The translations under genes and the position numbers were made by a program. The notes beneath the pieces were generated by a model. The model was not told where the DNA came from. It searched no databases and was given only the letters and a program-made list of their open reading frames with translations. 64,000 nt of DNA from Thermodesulfobacteriota bacterium (lineage in GTDB: Bacteria > Desulfobacterota_D > UBA1144 > Nemesobacterales > JAJCZQ01): positions 288,001 through 352,000 of the forward strand of contig CBDBDR010000017.1 in assembly GCA_965203965.1 (NCBI GenBank). Direction: 5' to 3'. Below, in pieces: positions 10,664 through 21,972 of this stretch; the stretch's first letter is position 1, and each line of letters begins with the position of its first letter.

Positions 10664-11773
10664 ATAAGTAAGCAAAACTATAAAATTGGAGAACACCCTG
10701 ATCTTCCACCACCACCTGGTGTGATAGGCCCCTACGCTTGGGTAAGGGAAAATCTTTTATCGTCTCCCGCTAATATAGTGATGACTATACTCACATGCTG
10801 GCTATTGTTTGAGATCATACCTCCTTTAATGAATTGGCTATTTCTTGATGCTGCCTATACGGGAGAGAGTCGAGATGAGTGTCGTGCCGTCGCCAGTGGG
10901 GCATGCTGGGCTTTTATCGGAGAGCGTCTTAGCCTGTTCACTTATGGTTTTTATCCTGTTGCTGAACGTTGGAGAGTTAATCTGTCCTTTATTCTGCTAA
11001 TAATTGCCATTGTCCCAATCCTGTATGACAAGGTGCCTTATCGTAAATATGGGTTTTATTTTGCAGCCGCTTTCCCTTTTATTGCCGGTTGGCTTTTAAT
11101 TGGAGGGTTCGGACTAACGCCAGTTGAAACCGATAGATTTGGTGGTTTTATGCTGACTTTGGTCATTGGTATTACTGGTATAGCATTTTCACTTCCGATT
11201 GGAATACTGCTTGCCCTTGGCCGCCGGTCCTCAATGAGAGTTATTCGTTTATCTTCAATTTGCTTTATAGAGTTCATTCGTGGGGTACCTCTGATTGCTT
11301 TACTGTTTGTGGCTTCAACAATGCTTAACTATTTTCTTCCCCCGGGACTGACTTTTGATCTCTTGCTACGGGTGTTGATCATGGTTACGTTGTTCGCGTC
11401 GGCTTATATGGCTGAAGTTGTTCGGGGCGGATTGCAGGCAATACCCAAAGGGCAATCTGAAGCGGCAGACGCACTGGGTCTCAAATACTGGTCTACTGAA
11501 CGATTGATAATTCTTCCGCAGGCATTGAAGATATCCATACCAGGTATAGTAAACACCTTTATCGGATTATATAAGGATACAACCCTGGTAATTATTATCG
11601 GTTTATTGGATCCACTGGGTATTGGCAGAGCATCTTTGGCAGATACAAAATGGACAGGGCTTTCCAGTGAAGTTTACTTATTTGTAGCTATATTCTTTTT
11701 TATTTCCTGTTTTGGTATGTCCAGATATTCATTATATCTAGAGAATAAGCTGAAAACTGACCACAAAAAGTAA
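10664..11773 (+). CDS. aapM: Amino acid ABC permease (AapM/BztC); start uncertain (ATA 10664 or GTG 10721)
   Basis: [32 protein letters not shown]; the frame is open upstream of the GTG and encodes GEHPDLPPP. Confidence 0.9.
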   Translation: MSKQNYKIGEHPDLPPPPGVIGPYAWVRENLLSSPANIVMTILTCWLLFEIIPPLMNWLFLDAAYTGESRDECRAVASGACWAFIGERLSLFTYGFYPVAERWRVNLSFILLIIAIVPILYDKVPYRKYGFYFAAAFPFIAGWLLIGGFGLTPVETDRFGGFMLTLVIGITGIAFSLPIGILLALGRRSSMRVIRLSSICFIEFIRGVPLIALLFVASTMLNYFLPPGLTFDLLLRVLIMVTLFASAYMAEVVRGGLQAIPKGQSEAADALGLKYWSTERLIILPQALKISIPGIVNTFIGLYKDTTLVIIIGLLDPLGIGRASLADTKWTGLSSEVYLFVAIFFFISCFGMSRYSLYLENKLKTDHKK

Positions 11774-11787
11774 GGAGCGCATCTGTA

Positions 11788-12573
11788 ATGAAGAGGCAAA
11801 AAAAATCAATCCAAGAAAACATGAGTTCAAACTCGGAGAGTTACGCGATTGTAATTCAGGAAATGCACAAATGGTACGGTCAGTTTCACGTCTTAAAAAA
11901 TATTAATCTTAAAATTAGGCACGGCGAGAAGATCGTTGTATGCGGCCCATCTGGTTCGGGTAAATCAACTGTGATCAGATGTATTAACCGTCTTGAGGAG
12001 TATCAAAGGGGAAAGATAGTGGTTGATGGAATAGAATTGACCCGTGATCTGAAAAACATTGAGGTTATCCGGCGTGAAGTAGGGATGGTTTTTCAACATT
12101 TCAATCTGTTTCCGCACTTAACTGTTTTGGAAAACTGTACTCTTGCCCCCATCTGGGTTCGCAAAATGCCTCTTGTCAAGGCAAAAGAAATAGCAATGCA
12201 GTATTTGGAGAGAGTTAAAATACCGGAGCAGGCAAATAAATACCCCGGACAACTGTCCGGCGGTCAGCAACAACGAGTTGCAATTGCTAGAAGTCTCTGT
12301 ATGAATCCCCGCATCATGCTGTTTGATGAACCTACATCCGCCTTGGATCCTGAAATGATAAAAGAAGTGCTGGAGGTAATGATTCAGCTAGCTGGTGAAG
12401 GTATCACAATGATATGTGTAACCCATGAAATGGGATTTGCGAGAAAAGTTGCCGACCGTGTCATATTTATGGATGGTGGAGAAATAATTGAGGAAAATAA
12501 TCCTGAGGATTTTTTCCTCAATCCCCAGCATGAAAGAACCAAACTGTTTCTCAGCCAGATACTGAATCATTAG
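11788..12573 (+). CDS. aapP: Amino acid ABC transporter ATP-binding protein (AapP/BztD)
   Basis: [33 protein letters not shown]. Confidence 0.95.
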   Translation: MKRQKKSIQENMSSNSESYAIVIQEMHKWYGQFHVLKNINLKIRHGEKIVVCGPSGSGKSTVIRCINRLEEYQRGKIVVDGIELTRDLKNIEVIRREVGMVFQHFNLFPHLTVLENCTLAPIWVRKMPLVKAKEIAMQYLERVKIPEQANKYPGQLSGGQQQRVAIARSLCMNPRIMLFDEPTSALDPEMIKEVLEVMIQLAGEGITMICVTHEMGFARKVADRVIFMDGGEIIEENNPEDFFLNPQHERTKLFLSQILNH

Positions 12574-12688
12574 TGCCGAAGCGTTGAAACTGTTTTTGCA
12601 ATAATTTCTATTTATGTGTATTGCCTATTCAAATTAAATTATTTATCATTTTTACCCTTTATTCTGCTTAAGGCAAACAAGGATTAAA

Positions 12689-14710
12689 ATGAGCACCCCG
12701 GACTTGGAAAGATCAGTTATCAGTTGTATAAGAGCATTGTCAATGGATGCGGTTCAAAAGGCAAATTCAGGTCATCCGGGCACACCTATGTCTCTTGCTC
12801 CCGTTGCATTCAAGTTGTGGGACAAGTTTATTGTGCATAATCCCGCAAATCCAGATTGGGCAAACAGGGATCGTTTTGTTTTATCAGCCGGTCATGCTTC
12901 AATGCTGCTTTACAGTATTTTGCATATATATGGTTATGGCGTGAACCTCCAAGATATAAAAAATTTCAGACAACTGCACAGCAGATGTGCAGGTCATCCT
13001 GAACTCGGGCTTATTCCCGGGATTGAAACTACAACTGGCCCGCTTGGTCAGGGTGCTTCTGTGTCAGTAGGTATGGCTATTGCAGAAAAGTGGCTCGCGA
13101 GCTACTTTAACAAACCCGATTATGAGATCATAAATTACCACGTATATTCCATACTCAGTGACGGGGATATTATGGAAGGTGTTACGTCCGAAGCTGCTTC
13201 TTTGGCGGGTCACCTTGGGCTTGGCAACGTTATCTGGATATATGACAACAACAATATCACGATTGAAGGTGATACAAAACTCGCTTTTTCAGAAGATGTT
13301 GAAAAGAGATTCCAATCATATAACTGGCACACACAACATGTTGATGATGCAAATGATCTACAAAAACTGGAAAGTACAATAAGTCTGGCTAGAAAAGAAA
13401 AAGAGCATCCATCAATTATTATAATTGATAGTCAGATCGCTTATGGAAGTCCGAATAAGCAAGGTAAGTGTGAATCCCACGGGGCGCCGCTGGGAGAGGA
13501 AGAGGTAAGACTAGCTAAAGAGTTTTACGGATTGGATCCTGATAAGGTTTTTTACGTTGCAGATGAAGTTAAACAGTATGGAAATGAGGTTGCCAATAAT
13601 GGTAGGGAATTGGAGCAACGTTGGAAAGATCTGTTTGATGAGTATTCAGGTAAATATCCAGAACTTGCCCATGAGTTTGAACTTGTTCAAAGAGGGGAGC
13701 TTCCTGAAAATTGGGACAGTGAATTACCAGTTTTTTCGCCTGATCAGAAAAACGTACCTACCAGAAAAGCTAATAACAAAGTCATGAACGCGGTAGGAAA
13801 ACGTGTGAAGTGGATGCTGGGAGGTGCTGCTGACGTTGGTTCTTCCACGAATACCTATCTGGATGGTACTAATAGCAATTCAAAAGACGAGCCCGGCGGA
13901 CGGAATTTTCACTTTGGTATCAGAGAGCACGCCATGGCAGCGATTGCAAACGGTATGGCACTCAGCAAACTTCGTCCTTATGCTTCAACGTACTTTATAT
14001 TTTCGGATTACTTAAAGCCGGCGCTGCGATTATCTGCACTAATGAATCTTCCCGTTATCTATATTTTTACCCATGACAGTATTGGACTGGGTGAGGATGG
14101 TCCAACTCACCAGCCTGTTGAGCATTTACCTTCATTGCGATCCACGCCTAACTTGGACGTTATCAGGCCTGCCGATCCTAATGAGCTCTCAGTCCTCTGG
14201 AAACACGCAATGATCACAAAGGATCATACAGTGGTTTTTGTTCTTACTCGTCAGGGTGTCCCCGTGATTGACAGACAAAAGTATTTGTCTGCCGAAGGTG
14301 CTTTGAAAGGGGGGTATGTAATAGCAGATTCAGACGGAGAGCCTGAAATAATTATTATTTCCACGGGTTCTGAGGTAAGTATTTGTCTCGGTGTCTATGA
14401 AAAACTGAAAGAAGAAGGGATAGGCTCCCGGGTGGTAAGTCTGCCTTGCTGGGATATTTTTGAAAGACAATCAAAACAATACAGAGAGAGCATATTACCT
14501 TCAAACATCACAAGGAGATTGTCTGTTGAAGCAGGCTCAACTTTTGGTTGGGAGCGATACGTTGGTTACAACGGCAAGGGAAGGGCTTTCGGCATTGACC
14601 GCTTTGGCGAATCCGCTCCCGGTGGTGATTTAATGAAGGAATTTGGCTTCACAGTTGATAACCTTTATAAGGAAGCAAGAAAGATAATTTCTGATGGGTC
14701 AAAAGACTAA
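12689..14710 (+). CDS. tkt: Transketolase
   Basis: SGHPG, RDRFVLSAGH, DGDIMEG, THDSIGLGEDGPTHQP. Confidence 0.97.
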   Translation: MSTPDLERSVISCIRALSMDAVQKANSGHPGTPMSLAPVAFKLWDKFIVHNPANPDWANRDRFVLSAGHASMLLYSILHIYGYGVNLQDIKNFRQLHSRCAGHPELGLIPGIETTTGPLGQGASVSVGMAIAEKWLASYFNKPDYEIINYHVYSILSDGDIMEGVTSEAASLAGHLGLGNVIWIYDNNNITIEGDTKLAFSEDVEKRFQSYNWHTQHVDDANDLQKLESTISLARKEKEHPSIIIIDSQIAYGSPNKQGKCESHGAPLGEEEVRLAKEFYGLDPDKVFYVADEVKQYGNEVANNGRELEQRWKDLFDEYSGKYPELAHEFELVQRGELPENWDSELPVFSPDQKNVPTRKANNKVMNAVGKRVKWMLGGAADVGSSTNTYLDGTNSNSKDEPGGRNFHFGIREHAMAAIANGMALSKLRPYASTYFIFSDYLKPALRLSALMNLPVIYIFTHDSIGLGEDGPTHQPVEHLPSLRSTPNLDVIRPADPNELSVLWKHAMITKDHTVVFVLTRQGVPVIDRQKYLSAEGALKGGYVIADSDGEPEIIIISTGSEVSICLGVYEKLKEEGIGSRVVSLPCWDIFERQSKQYRESILPSNITRRLSVEAGSTFGWERYVGYNGKGRAFGIDRFGESAPGGDLMKEFGFTVDNLYKEARKIISDGSKD

Positions 14711-16406
14711 TGCCTCTTTTTTACGTGATGGATATTGTGAGTATTTAACTATTCACAAAGATCCATTTAACGACAAGTTGTCTGATCCATTTACACTGGA
14801 ACTGTCCAAGGGTATATGGTCAAAAAGCTACAAATTGTGGCAAGATAAGCCGGATGAGATTTCTAACAGGCTTGGGTGGTTAGAACTTCCAGATTTTATG
14901 ACTTCCGTCACGGATTCTATTGACGAGTTTTCCCACCAAATAGTAAGTAGTGGTTTTACTGATGTTCTTGTTATTGGTATGGGAGGGTCAAGTCTTGCAT
15001 CTGAATTTTTTGAAAAGACTTTTTCATTGGAAAGAAAACTATCTCTTACTGTAGTTGACACAACTGATCCAGAGGCAATAAGAGCTTTTGTAGGCTCTGT
15101 CAATCCTGAAAAAACCTTGATCGTTGTTTCTACAAAATCAGGGACGACGGCGGAGACAATTTCTTTAATGAGATATTTCTACCGTAAATTCTGTGAAAAA
15201 CTGGGTGAAGATAGAGCAGGTGATAATTTTGTTGCAATTACTGACCCCGGATCAGGTTTGGAAAAGATCGCAAAAATGTTGGATTTTAGAAGAATATTTC
15301 TTGGACTTCCTGATGTGGGAGGACGTTTTTCTGCACTTTCTCCTTTTGGTCTTGTTCCTGCTTCATTGATAGGTATGAACGTGAAAAAATTGCTGAAAGC
15401 AGCAAAGGGATGTGCCGAATTAACTAAATTAAATGATATAAATAAAAACTTTCCTCTTAGACTTGGTTTGCTGATGGGATATTTTGTGGAACAAAAAATA
15501 GATAAGATGACTATTGTTGCTTCAAAGAACGCTAGATATTTTGCCTACTGGGTGGAGCAACTTGTGGCTGAGAGCATCGGCAAAGAAGGGATTGGGATAT
15601 TGCCAGTAATACAAGAAAGTATTTACGATAACGTGGAATACGGTGAGGACAGATTTTTCGTATTTTTGAAAATGAAAGGGGATGAAGATCTGCAAACAGA
15701 AGTGGAGTTGGCTTTAGACAAGAATATTCCAACTGTTTGCATGGAGATAGACGGCTTGTATGGTTTTGGCGATCAGCTTTTTGGTTGGGAGTTTGCAACG
15801 GCAGTATGTGGCGCAGCATTAAAAATAAATCCATTTGACCAACCTGACGTTGAATACTCAAAAAAACATGCAAGAAATTTTGTAAATGAATACTTAAAGA
15901 GCAAATCCATGCCTGAATTGGATCCTTTGTTTGAATACGATTGTCTCCGTTTTTTCTGCAACTCCAGTTTCAGAGATGTTAAAGGTTTTAGAGAATGGCT
16001 TTTTCAAAAAGCCAGCAAGGGTAAATACGTTGCAATTCAGGCATTTCTTACACCTTCGGATGAGAATGAAAAGATACTAAAAGATATGGTGGAGAATCTG
16101 TCTGCTAAACTCAGAGTTCCAGTAACTTTTGGTTTTGGTCCTAGGTATCTTCACTCAACTGGTCAGATGCATAAAGGTGACAGTGGAAATGGTGTTTTTA
16201 TCCAACTTGTATCAAAGTCTATAAATGACGTTCCTATTCCTGATGATCCGTTTTCCGATAAGTCATCACTTGGTTTTGGGGTTTTAAAAAATGCTCAATC
16301 CCTTGGAGATTATCTTGCTTTGAAAGACAAAGGACGAGACATTGCAAGGATAGATCTTGGTGACCATACGAGAGAAGGTTTAACAATACTTACAGGATTT
16401 ATATAA
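14694..16406 (+). CDS. pgi: Glucose-6-phosphate isomerase (resembles the PGI moiety of Tal-Pgi)
   Basis: GMGGSSL, KSGTTAET, GGRFSALS, EQLVAES, NPFDQPDVE, GPRYLHSTGQMHKG. Confidence 0.88.
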   Translation: MGQKTNASFLRDGYCEYLTIHKDPFNDKLSDPFTLELSKGIWSKSYKLWQDKPDEISNRLGWLELPDFMTSVTDSIDEFSHQIVSSGFTDVLVIGMGGSSLASEFFEKTFSLERKLSLTVVDTTDPEAIRAFVGSVNPEKTLIVVSTKSGTTAETISLMRYFYRKFCEKLGEDRAGDNFVAITDPGSGLEKIAKMLDFRRIFLGLPDVGGRFSALSPFGLVPASLIGMNVKKLLKAAKGCAELTKLNDINKNFPLRLGLLMGYFVEQKIDKMTIVASKNARYFAYWVEQLVAESIGKEGIGILPVIQESIYDNVEYGEDRFFVFLKMKGDEDLQTEVELALDKNIPTVCMEIDGLYGFGDQLFGWEFATAVCGAALKINPFDQPDVEYSKKHARNFVNEYLKSKSMPELDPLFEYDCLRFFCNSSFRDVKGFREWLFQKASKGKYVAIQAFLTPSDENEKILKDMVENLSAKLRVPVTFGFGPRYLHSTGQMHKGDSGNGVFIQLVSKSINDVPIPDDPFSDKSSLGFGVLKNAQSLGDYLALKDKGRDIARIDLGDHTREGLTILTGFI

Positions 16407-16459
16407 AGTCCTTTCAACTAAATTGATAGCAGTTTCACACTCAAGTAAGCTAACCTTTC

Positions 16460-17161
16460 ATGTTGCGAAACGGCTTTGCAGAGATTAAGAGGAGAGCGGC
16501 AAATTTTGCGGTTGACTTTATAAAATCAGGAATGGTTGTAGGACTTGGCACGGGTAGCACTGCGCAGTGCGTGATCATGGAGATAGCCGAAAGGTTAGAT
16601 CGGAAAGAGTTACACAGTCTCATTTTTATTCCAAGCTCGCTCAAAACAGCAAACTTTGCTTCCGATTTGGGTATTGAGTTGTCTGGTATTGATAAGGTTC
16701 AGAGAATTGACATAAATATAGATGGTGCTGATGAAGTTGATGCAAGTGGCAACTTGATCAAAGGTGGGGGCGGTGCTCTTCTCAGGGAAAAAATCATTGC
16801 ACAGAGCAGTAGGAGGAACGTTATTGTTGTTGATCAAAGTAAGATATCTACTGAATTGGGTGAAAATTGGCATCTGCCGGTTGAGGTTCTGCCATTTGGA
16901 TATCGCTTAGAGATCTCATACATTGCTTCTCTGGGGGCAAAGCCTGAGATTAGAAAATGTGTTGAAGGGAAAAATTTTAAAACCGATCAAGGGAATTATA
17001 TACTTGACTGTGACTTCGGTTTAATATCTGATCCACAGTGGCTTTCATCTAAATTAGAACAGAGGGCAGGTATTATAGAGCATGGGTTATTTGTTCAAAC
17101 CACAAATGACCTGATTATTGGAAGACCTGATTCAGTTGAGCACAGGCATATTACTGGATAG
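16460..17161 (+). CDS. rpiA: Ribose-5-phosphate isomerase A
   Basis: GLGTGST, DGADEVD, KGGGGALLREK. Confidence 0.97.
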   Translation: MLRNGFAEIKRRAANFAVDFIKSGMVVGLGTGSTAQCVIMEIAERLDRKELHSLIFIPSSLKTANFASDLGIELSGIDKVQRIDINIDGADEVDASGNLIKGGGGALLREKIIAQSSRRNVIVVDQSKISTELGENWHLPVEVLPFGYRLEISYIASLGAKPEIRKCVEGKNFKTDQGNYILDCDFGLISDPQWLSSKLEQRAGIIEHGLFVQTTNDLIIGRPDSVEHRHITG

Positions 17162-17920
17162 ATGGAAATTTCAGGGATTATCGGGGTTGTAGTACTTTTT
17201 TTTACAGGCATTTTTGCTGCTTTCTTGAACGTTACGGCTGGTGGTGGTTCAAGTATTACCTTGCCCGTATTGATCTTTCTTGGTGTGGATCCAGTAATGG
17301 CTAATGGCACAAACCGTCTGGCTATAATGCTTCAAAATGCCTCTGCTTCTGCTTCTTTCAGAAATGAAAAAATTTACCAGAGTAAATACACTCTTATCTA
17401 TGCCTTGCTAACTATCCCGGGGTCTATACTTGGTTCAATATATGCAACTGGGATTAGCAACGAGGCTTTTAAGAATGCGCTAGGTATAGTCCTAATAGGT
17501 GTTATGATCACAGTTATTCTGCCAAGGTCTAAGCAGGTTATTGAGGGAGTTTCTCTCAGAAATAGGTTTTCTTGGCTTATATATCCCGGGTTTTTTATTC
17601 TTGGATTTTACGGGGGATTTATACAGGTTGGCATTGGTTTTATGATAATTGCTCTTATCCAACACACACTCCAAATTGATATGTTAAAAACCAATATGCA
17701 CAAGACGTTTACAATTATGGTAATTAACATCCCAGCTTTGATAATATTTATTGCTACTGGCAATATGAACTGGGTTTTTGGAGTTGCACTTGCCATAGGT
17801 ACTATGACAGGAGCATGGTGGGCGGCAAAGATTTCTGTGAGAAAAGGGGATGGGTTCATAAGATACTTTTTTGCACTTGGGTTAGTTGCGATATCAATGA
17901 GGCTTTTCGGGTTGATCTAG
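17162..17920 (+). CDS. TauE/SafE (TSUP) family membrane transporter
   Basis: AGGGS, ANGTNR, GFYGGFIQVG; multiple TM helices. Confidence 0.88.
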   Translation: MEISGIIGVVVLFFTGIFAAFLNVTAGGGSSITLPVLIFLGVDPVMANGTNRLAIMLQNASASASFRNEKIYQSKYTLIYALLTIPGSILGSIYATGISNEAFKNALGIVLIGVMITVILPRSKQVIEGVSLRNRFSWLIYPGFFILGFYGGFIQVGIGFMIIALIQHTLQIDMLKTNMHKTFTIMVINIPALIIFIATGNMNWVFGVALAIGTMTGAWWAAKISVRKGDGFIRYFFALGLVAISMRLFGLI

Positions 17921-19977
17921 CCGTCCGTAGCTGAAGAAACTTTCCAAACCTCCTTCTGGTAATTGTTAAGGTTGTAGTATATTCCCCTGTTTTCCAAAAG
18001 TTCATGGTGAGTTCCTGTTTCCACTATACTGCCCTTGTGAATTACTATTATCCTGTCGGCATGGCGAACATTTGATAGCCTGTGAGCTATTATGAGGCGG
18101 GCTTTTTCATCCTGACTTCTTATAGATTTCTGTATGTTCTTTTCAATTTTAGCATCTATGTTTGAGGTTGCTTCATCCATGATCAGGAGAGTTGATTTCT
18201 TGTTCAGAGCCTTTATAAAGGACACCACCTGAATTTCACCAGATGATAGCGTGCTTTTTTGGGTACTGATCTTTCTGTCTTCTCCTAAAAGGGATTTGAT
18301 TTTTTCATAGTCCAATGGCTCGTCTAAAATATCTTTGCCAAAAAGGAACAAGTCTTGAAAGATCGCTGTTATGCTTGCCCTCAGAAAATTGTTGTCAACA
18401 TCGTTTATGTTTACACCGTTAAAGAGAATCTCACCTCTTTGCACTTTATAGAATTTGAGAATCAAGTTCACCACTGTTGTCTTTCCCGACCCTGTAAGTC
18501 CGACCAGTGCCACCGTATCTCCGGGACATATCTTAAAAGACACGTCTTTCAACGTCCAATCCCTGTCGTTATAGGAAAACCACACTTTCCTGAATTCTAT
18601 TATTGTGGAAGAATAGGAGGGTTTTTTATTGCCACTTTTTTCGATCGGTTCATGGATCAGGTCATAGAGGTTTTCCGATGCAGCTACGGCAGATTGGAAG
18701 ATATTGTATCGCTCGGATAGCTGTTGTATGGGGTTGAACAACATTCTGACGTAATACAGGAAGGCTATGAGCCCGCCTATAGTGAGGTCGTGATTTATCA
18801 CGCCGCGTCCTCCTTGCCAGAGTATCAATCCTACTCCGAGTATGCTGACGTATTCAATGAATGGTCTGAACATTGCATAAGTCCAGAGTTGTGACATATT
18901 TGCCGAGTAATTTTCTCTGTTTATGCTGTTAAATCTCTTAAAATTTTCATACTCTTTGTTGTATAGCTTTATAAGGGTTATTCCCTGAATGCTTTCCTGC
19001 ACAAATGAATTGAGCTTCCCTATTGTAATGCGTATATTCCTGAACGCGGTTTTCAATCTCATCCTAAACAGCGCCGCTGCAAAAACGAGAAACAGAGTGA
19101 GGCAAAGTATTATCAGAGTCAACTTTGCATTCATTGTAAACATGATTGAAATAATTCCTATAATGACCAGAATGTCCTTGATAAACTGAACAAGCACGGA
19201 GGTATACATTTCATTGATAGCATTTACGTCGTTTGTTACCCTTGTGGTTATTCTTCCCACGGGGTTTTTGTCAAAAAAAGACTGAGGAAGCCGAAGGATG
19301 TAGGAGAATGCATTGTGTCTTATACTGTGCATTATCTTGTGTCCCGAATAAAACAAGGAATAGGTAAATGCTGAAGTAAAGATAAATACACCGAGCAATC
19401 CCAGAGAGATAAAAACAAAGTATTTTACAAGAAATTTGTAATTGTTAGAGCGTAAAAACTGTATCTCGTTCCGTTCCAATAATTCAAGATCATTGAGTTT
19501 GGCGTAGTATATCGTCCGTTCGGCTTTGTAAAATACGTTCTCGTTGCGGTTAAAAATGTCCAGAAATTGAGTTCTTTCTCTATTATCTATTCCAGATATA
19601 TTGAAGACCATATATCTCGCATCAGTTATTGAGCCACTTTTTTCAAGGTTTGTACTATCCACCCGGTCAATTCTGGAGATATTAACAAGGTAGCTGCCGT
19701 CTTCCAACCTTATAACCTGTTCGGGATATTTGTTGATAAGTTGATCTGTATTTTTTATGCTTCCATCTGATCTGACCCAAGTGGGGTATATATAATTATC
19801 AACGGCATATTTAGTCAGATAAGGGATTGACACTTCCAACGCTGCCGTAAGTATCATAAGAAGCAAGGAAAGTATGAAAAGTGGTCTGTGAGGTTTCACA
19901 TAGCTTAGAAGCCATTTTATGATCTTGAGGTCGTATGTCCTTGTTCTCTTTTTCTCTTCAGATTGAAATGTGCTCAT
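17917..19977 (-). CDS. ABC exporter subunit (TMD+NBD) of a heterodimer
   Basis: GRITTRVTNDV, GLTGSGKTT, LSSGE, MDEATS, AHRLS. Confidence 0.9.
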   Translation of the reverse strand: MSTFQSEEKKRTRTYDLKIIKWLLSYVKPHRPLFILSLLLMILTAALEVSIPYLTKYAVDNYIYPTWVRSDGSIKNTDQLINKYPEQVIRLEDGSYLVNISRIDRVDSTNLEKSGSITDARYMVFNISGIDNRERTQFLDIFNRNENVFYKAERTIYYAKLNDLELLERNEIQFLRSNNYKFLVKYFVFISLGLLGVFIFTSAFTYSLFYSGHKIMHSIRHNAFSYILRLPQSFFDKNPVGRITTRVTNDVNAINEMYTSVLVQFIKDILVIIGIISIMFTMNAKLTLIILCLTLFLVFAAALFRMRLKTAFRNIRITIGKLNSFVQESIQGITLIKLYNKEYENFKRFNSINRENYSANMSQLWTYAMFRPFIEYVSILGVGLILWQGGRGVINHDLTIGGLIAFLYYVRMLFNPIQQLSERYNIFQSAVAASENLYDLIHEPIEKSGNKKPSYSSTIIEFRKVWFSYNDRDWTLKDVSFKICPGDTVALVGLTGSGKTTVVNLILKFYKVQRGEILFNGVNINDVDNNFLRASITAIFQDLFLFGKDILDEPLDYEKIKSLLGEDRKISTQKSTLSSGEIQVVSFIKALNKKSTLLIMDEATSNIDAKIEKNIQKSIRSQDEKARLIIAHRLSNVRHADRIIVIHKGSIVETGTHHELLENRGIYYNLNNYQKEVWKVSSATDG

Positions 19978-19992
19978 TGAATTAGGCTATTA

Positions 19993-21720
19993 CTATACTG
20001 TCTGTATTTTATAGGTGCTTGAGTATATGCCGTCGGTTTTCATAAGCTCTTCATGGTTTCCGATCTCAACTACATTGCCGTTCTCAAAAACTGCGATTTT
20101 GTCAAAACTGCTTATTCTGGACGATATCCTGCTTGAGATAACAATAAGGGTATTCCCTTTCATTATTTTGATAATGTTCTGCAAAACTAGGCTCTCTGTT
20201 TGCATATCAAGAGATGAGAGCACGTCGTCAAGTATGAGGACTTTTGGTTTCAAGAGTATCGCCCGGGCAATTGCTATTCTCTGCCTCTGTCCCCCTGAAA
20301 GACTAAGTCCTCTTTCACCTACAACTGTGTTAAATCCTTCCGGAAATTCAATGATCTCGTTATAAATTGCTGCCATACTTGTTGCCTCTTCTATCTCCTG
20401 CTCGGTGATGTTCGGGTTCATAAATGTAATATTATTTTTTATTGAGCCGCTGAAGATAGTTGTGTTCTGTGGCACACACACTACTGATCTATTTATTATT
20501 TCTCTCGGTATTCTTGTTATATCTACCTCATCAATGAATATATGATTTTCCTCAGTGTCATAGACCTTCATCAACAGGTTTATAAGTGTTGTCTTTCCCG
20601 ACCCGGTTCTCCCTGTAATTGCAAATGATGACCCACTTGGTATTTCAAAATTTATTTTGTTTAAAGCGGGTTGGCTTCTCTCGTTGTAAATAAACTCCAG
20701 ATTATTGAACCTGATATTTCCATTTAGTGGCTGCTCGTATGCGTTTTTTATGTTCTCCTTTTTCGGTTGAACTTCAAATATTGCATTTAGCCTGTTTATA
20801 GAAGCATTCCCTCTTTTAATTATGTCCACAGACCACCCCATTGCCATCATAGGCCAGACTAGCATGGAGATGTAGAACAGCATAGCCGCGAATTTTCCAA
20901 GTGAGATTTCCAGATTGATCGTGCTGATACCTCCCACTAAAATGAATATTGCTGCTGAACTTCCCGCCATGAAAGTTATCAGAGGTTGATAGACCCCCCA
21001 GATCCTCACAAGATTTATATTCCTGTCCAAATAGTCAATGCTTGCTTTTTCAAAGTCTTTAAGCTCAGGTTTTTCCCTGTTGAATGCTTTTACAACTTTT
21101 ATCCCAGATATTGATTGTCTTGCACTTTCAGTAAGTTCAGAAAATGAATCCTGAGTTTTTTGAAACCTTTTTTCAATCTGGTTTCCGAACTTATACATGA
21201 AAAACCCGAGTAAAGGGAAAGGAATAAATGCGTAGAGAGTTAGCTCTGGTGAAACGAAAAGCATTGCTATGAATATAAAGCAGAAGAGAAAAATTCCATC
21301 GTATGCAACAAGTACACCCAAACCACATGAGAATTTCAGAGTTTCAATGTCACTGACGGTATGTGCCATCAGATCCCCGACTTTACGGGAAGAGAAGAAA
21401 TCAAAATTCAGACTTTGTATATGTTTGAAGAAATCGTTTCTGAGAGAATTTTCTATTTTTCTTGCTGATCCCATTATGAAATATCTCCAGCCAAGTCTGA
21501 AAACCGCCATGAAAAATCCCAGTCCGAGTATGTAGAGGCTATATCTTGTTATAAGGGCAGTATCCAGTTGATCCGGCTCTGTAAGGGTGTCAATTATCCA
21601 CTGGATGATCTTTGGAACGGCAAGCTGGGCAATATCAACAAGAGACAGGCATACAACACCAGCCAGAAAAGAGTATTTGTATTGAAATAGAAGGGATTTG
21701 ATACTTTTTTTCTTGAACAA
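19993..21720 (-). CDS. ABC exporter subunit (TMD+NBD) with degenerate catalytic residues
   Basis: GRTGSGKTT, LSGGQRQR, LDDVLS (catalytic E replaced by D), no switch His. Confidence 0.92.
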   Translation of the reverse strand: MFKKKSIKSLLFQYKYSFLAGVVCLSLVDIAQLAVPKIIQWIIDTLTEPDQLDTALITRYSLYILGLGFFMAVFRLGWRYFIMGSARKIENSLRNDFFKHIQSLNFDFFSSRKVGDLMAHTVSDIETLKFSCGLGVLVAYDGIFLFCFIFIAMLFVSPELTLYAFIPFPLLGFFMYKFGNQIEKRFQKTQDSFSELTESARQSISGIKVVKAFNREKPELKDFEKASIDYLDRNINLVRIWGVYQPLITFMAGSSAAIFILVGGISTINLEISLGKFAAMLFYISMLVWPMMAMGWSVDIIKRGNASINRLNAIFEVQPKKENIKNAYEQPLNGNIRFNNLEFIYNERSQPALNKINFEIPSGSSFAITGRTGSGKTTLINLLMKVYDTEENHIFIDEVDITRIPREIINRSVVCVPQNTTIFSGSIKNNITFMNPNITEQEIEEATSMAAIYNEIIEFPEGFNTVVGERGLSLSGGQRQRIAIARAILLKPKVLILDDVLSSLDMQTESLVLQNIIKIMKGNTLIVISSRISSRISSFDKIAVFENGNVVEIGNHEELMKTDGIYSSTYKIQTV

Positions 21721-21972
21721 AAAAAACGACCTTTGGAAATCGGGATTTTGAACTTTGTCAGGGTATAATATACCCGTGTAATTGTTAATTGATTTGCTAC
21801 GATGTTAAATGGTAATAAATATAATGTTGCAGAAAATGTAAAAACAAAGAAATCCTTCTCTGCTTTCAACTAAAAATTTATTGAAAATGATCAGTAAATC
21901 TGGTATTATCCATAAGCAGTTTTAGTTAGATATTATTAAAACCTATTCGTAACCACTCCAAGGAGGTTTTTT

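Noticed and set aside
14694..16406. Bifunctional transaldolase-PGI
   Set aside because: Only the PGI moiety is present; no transaldolase motifs
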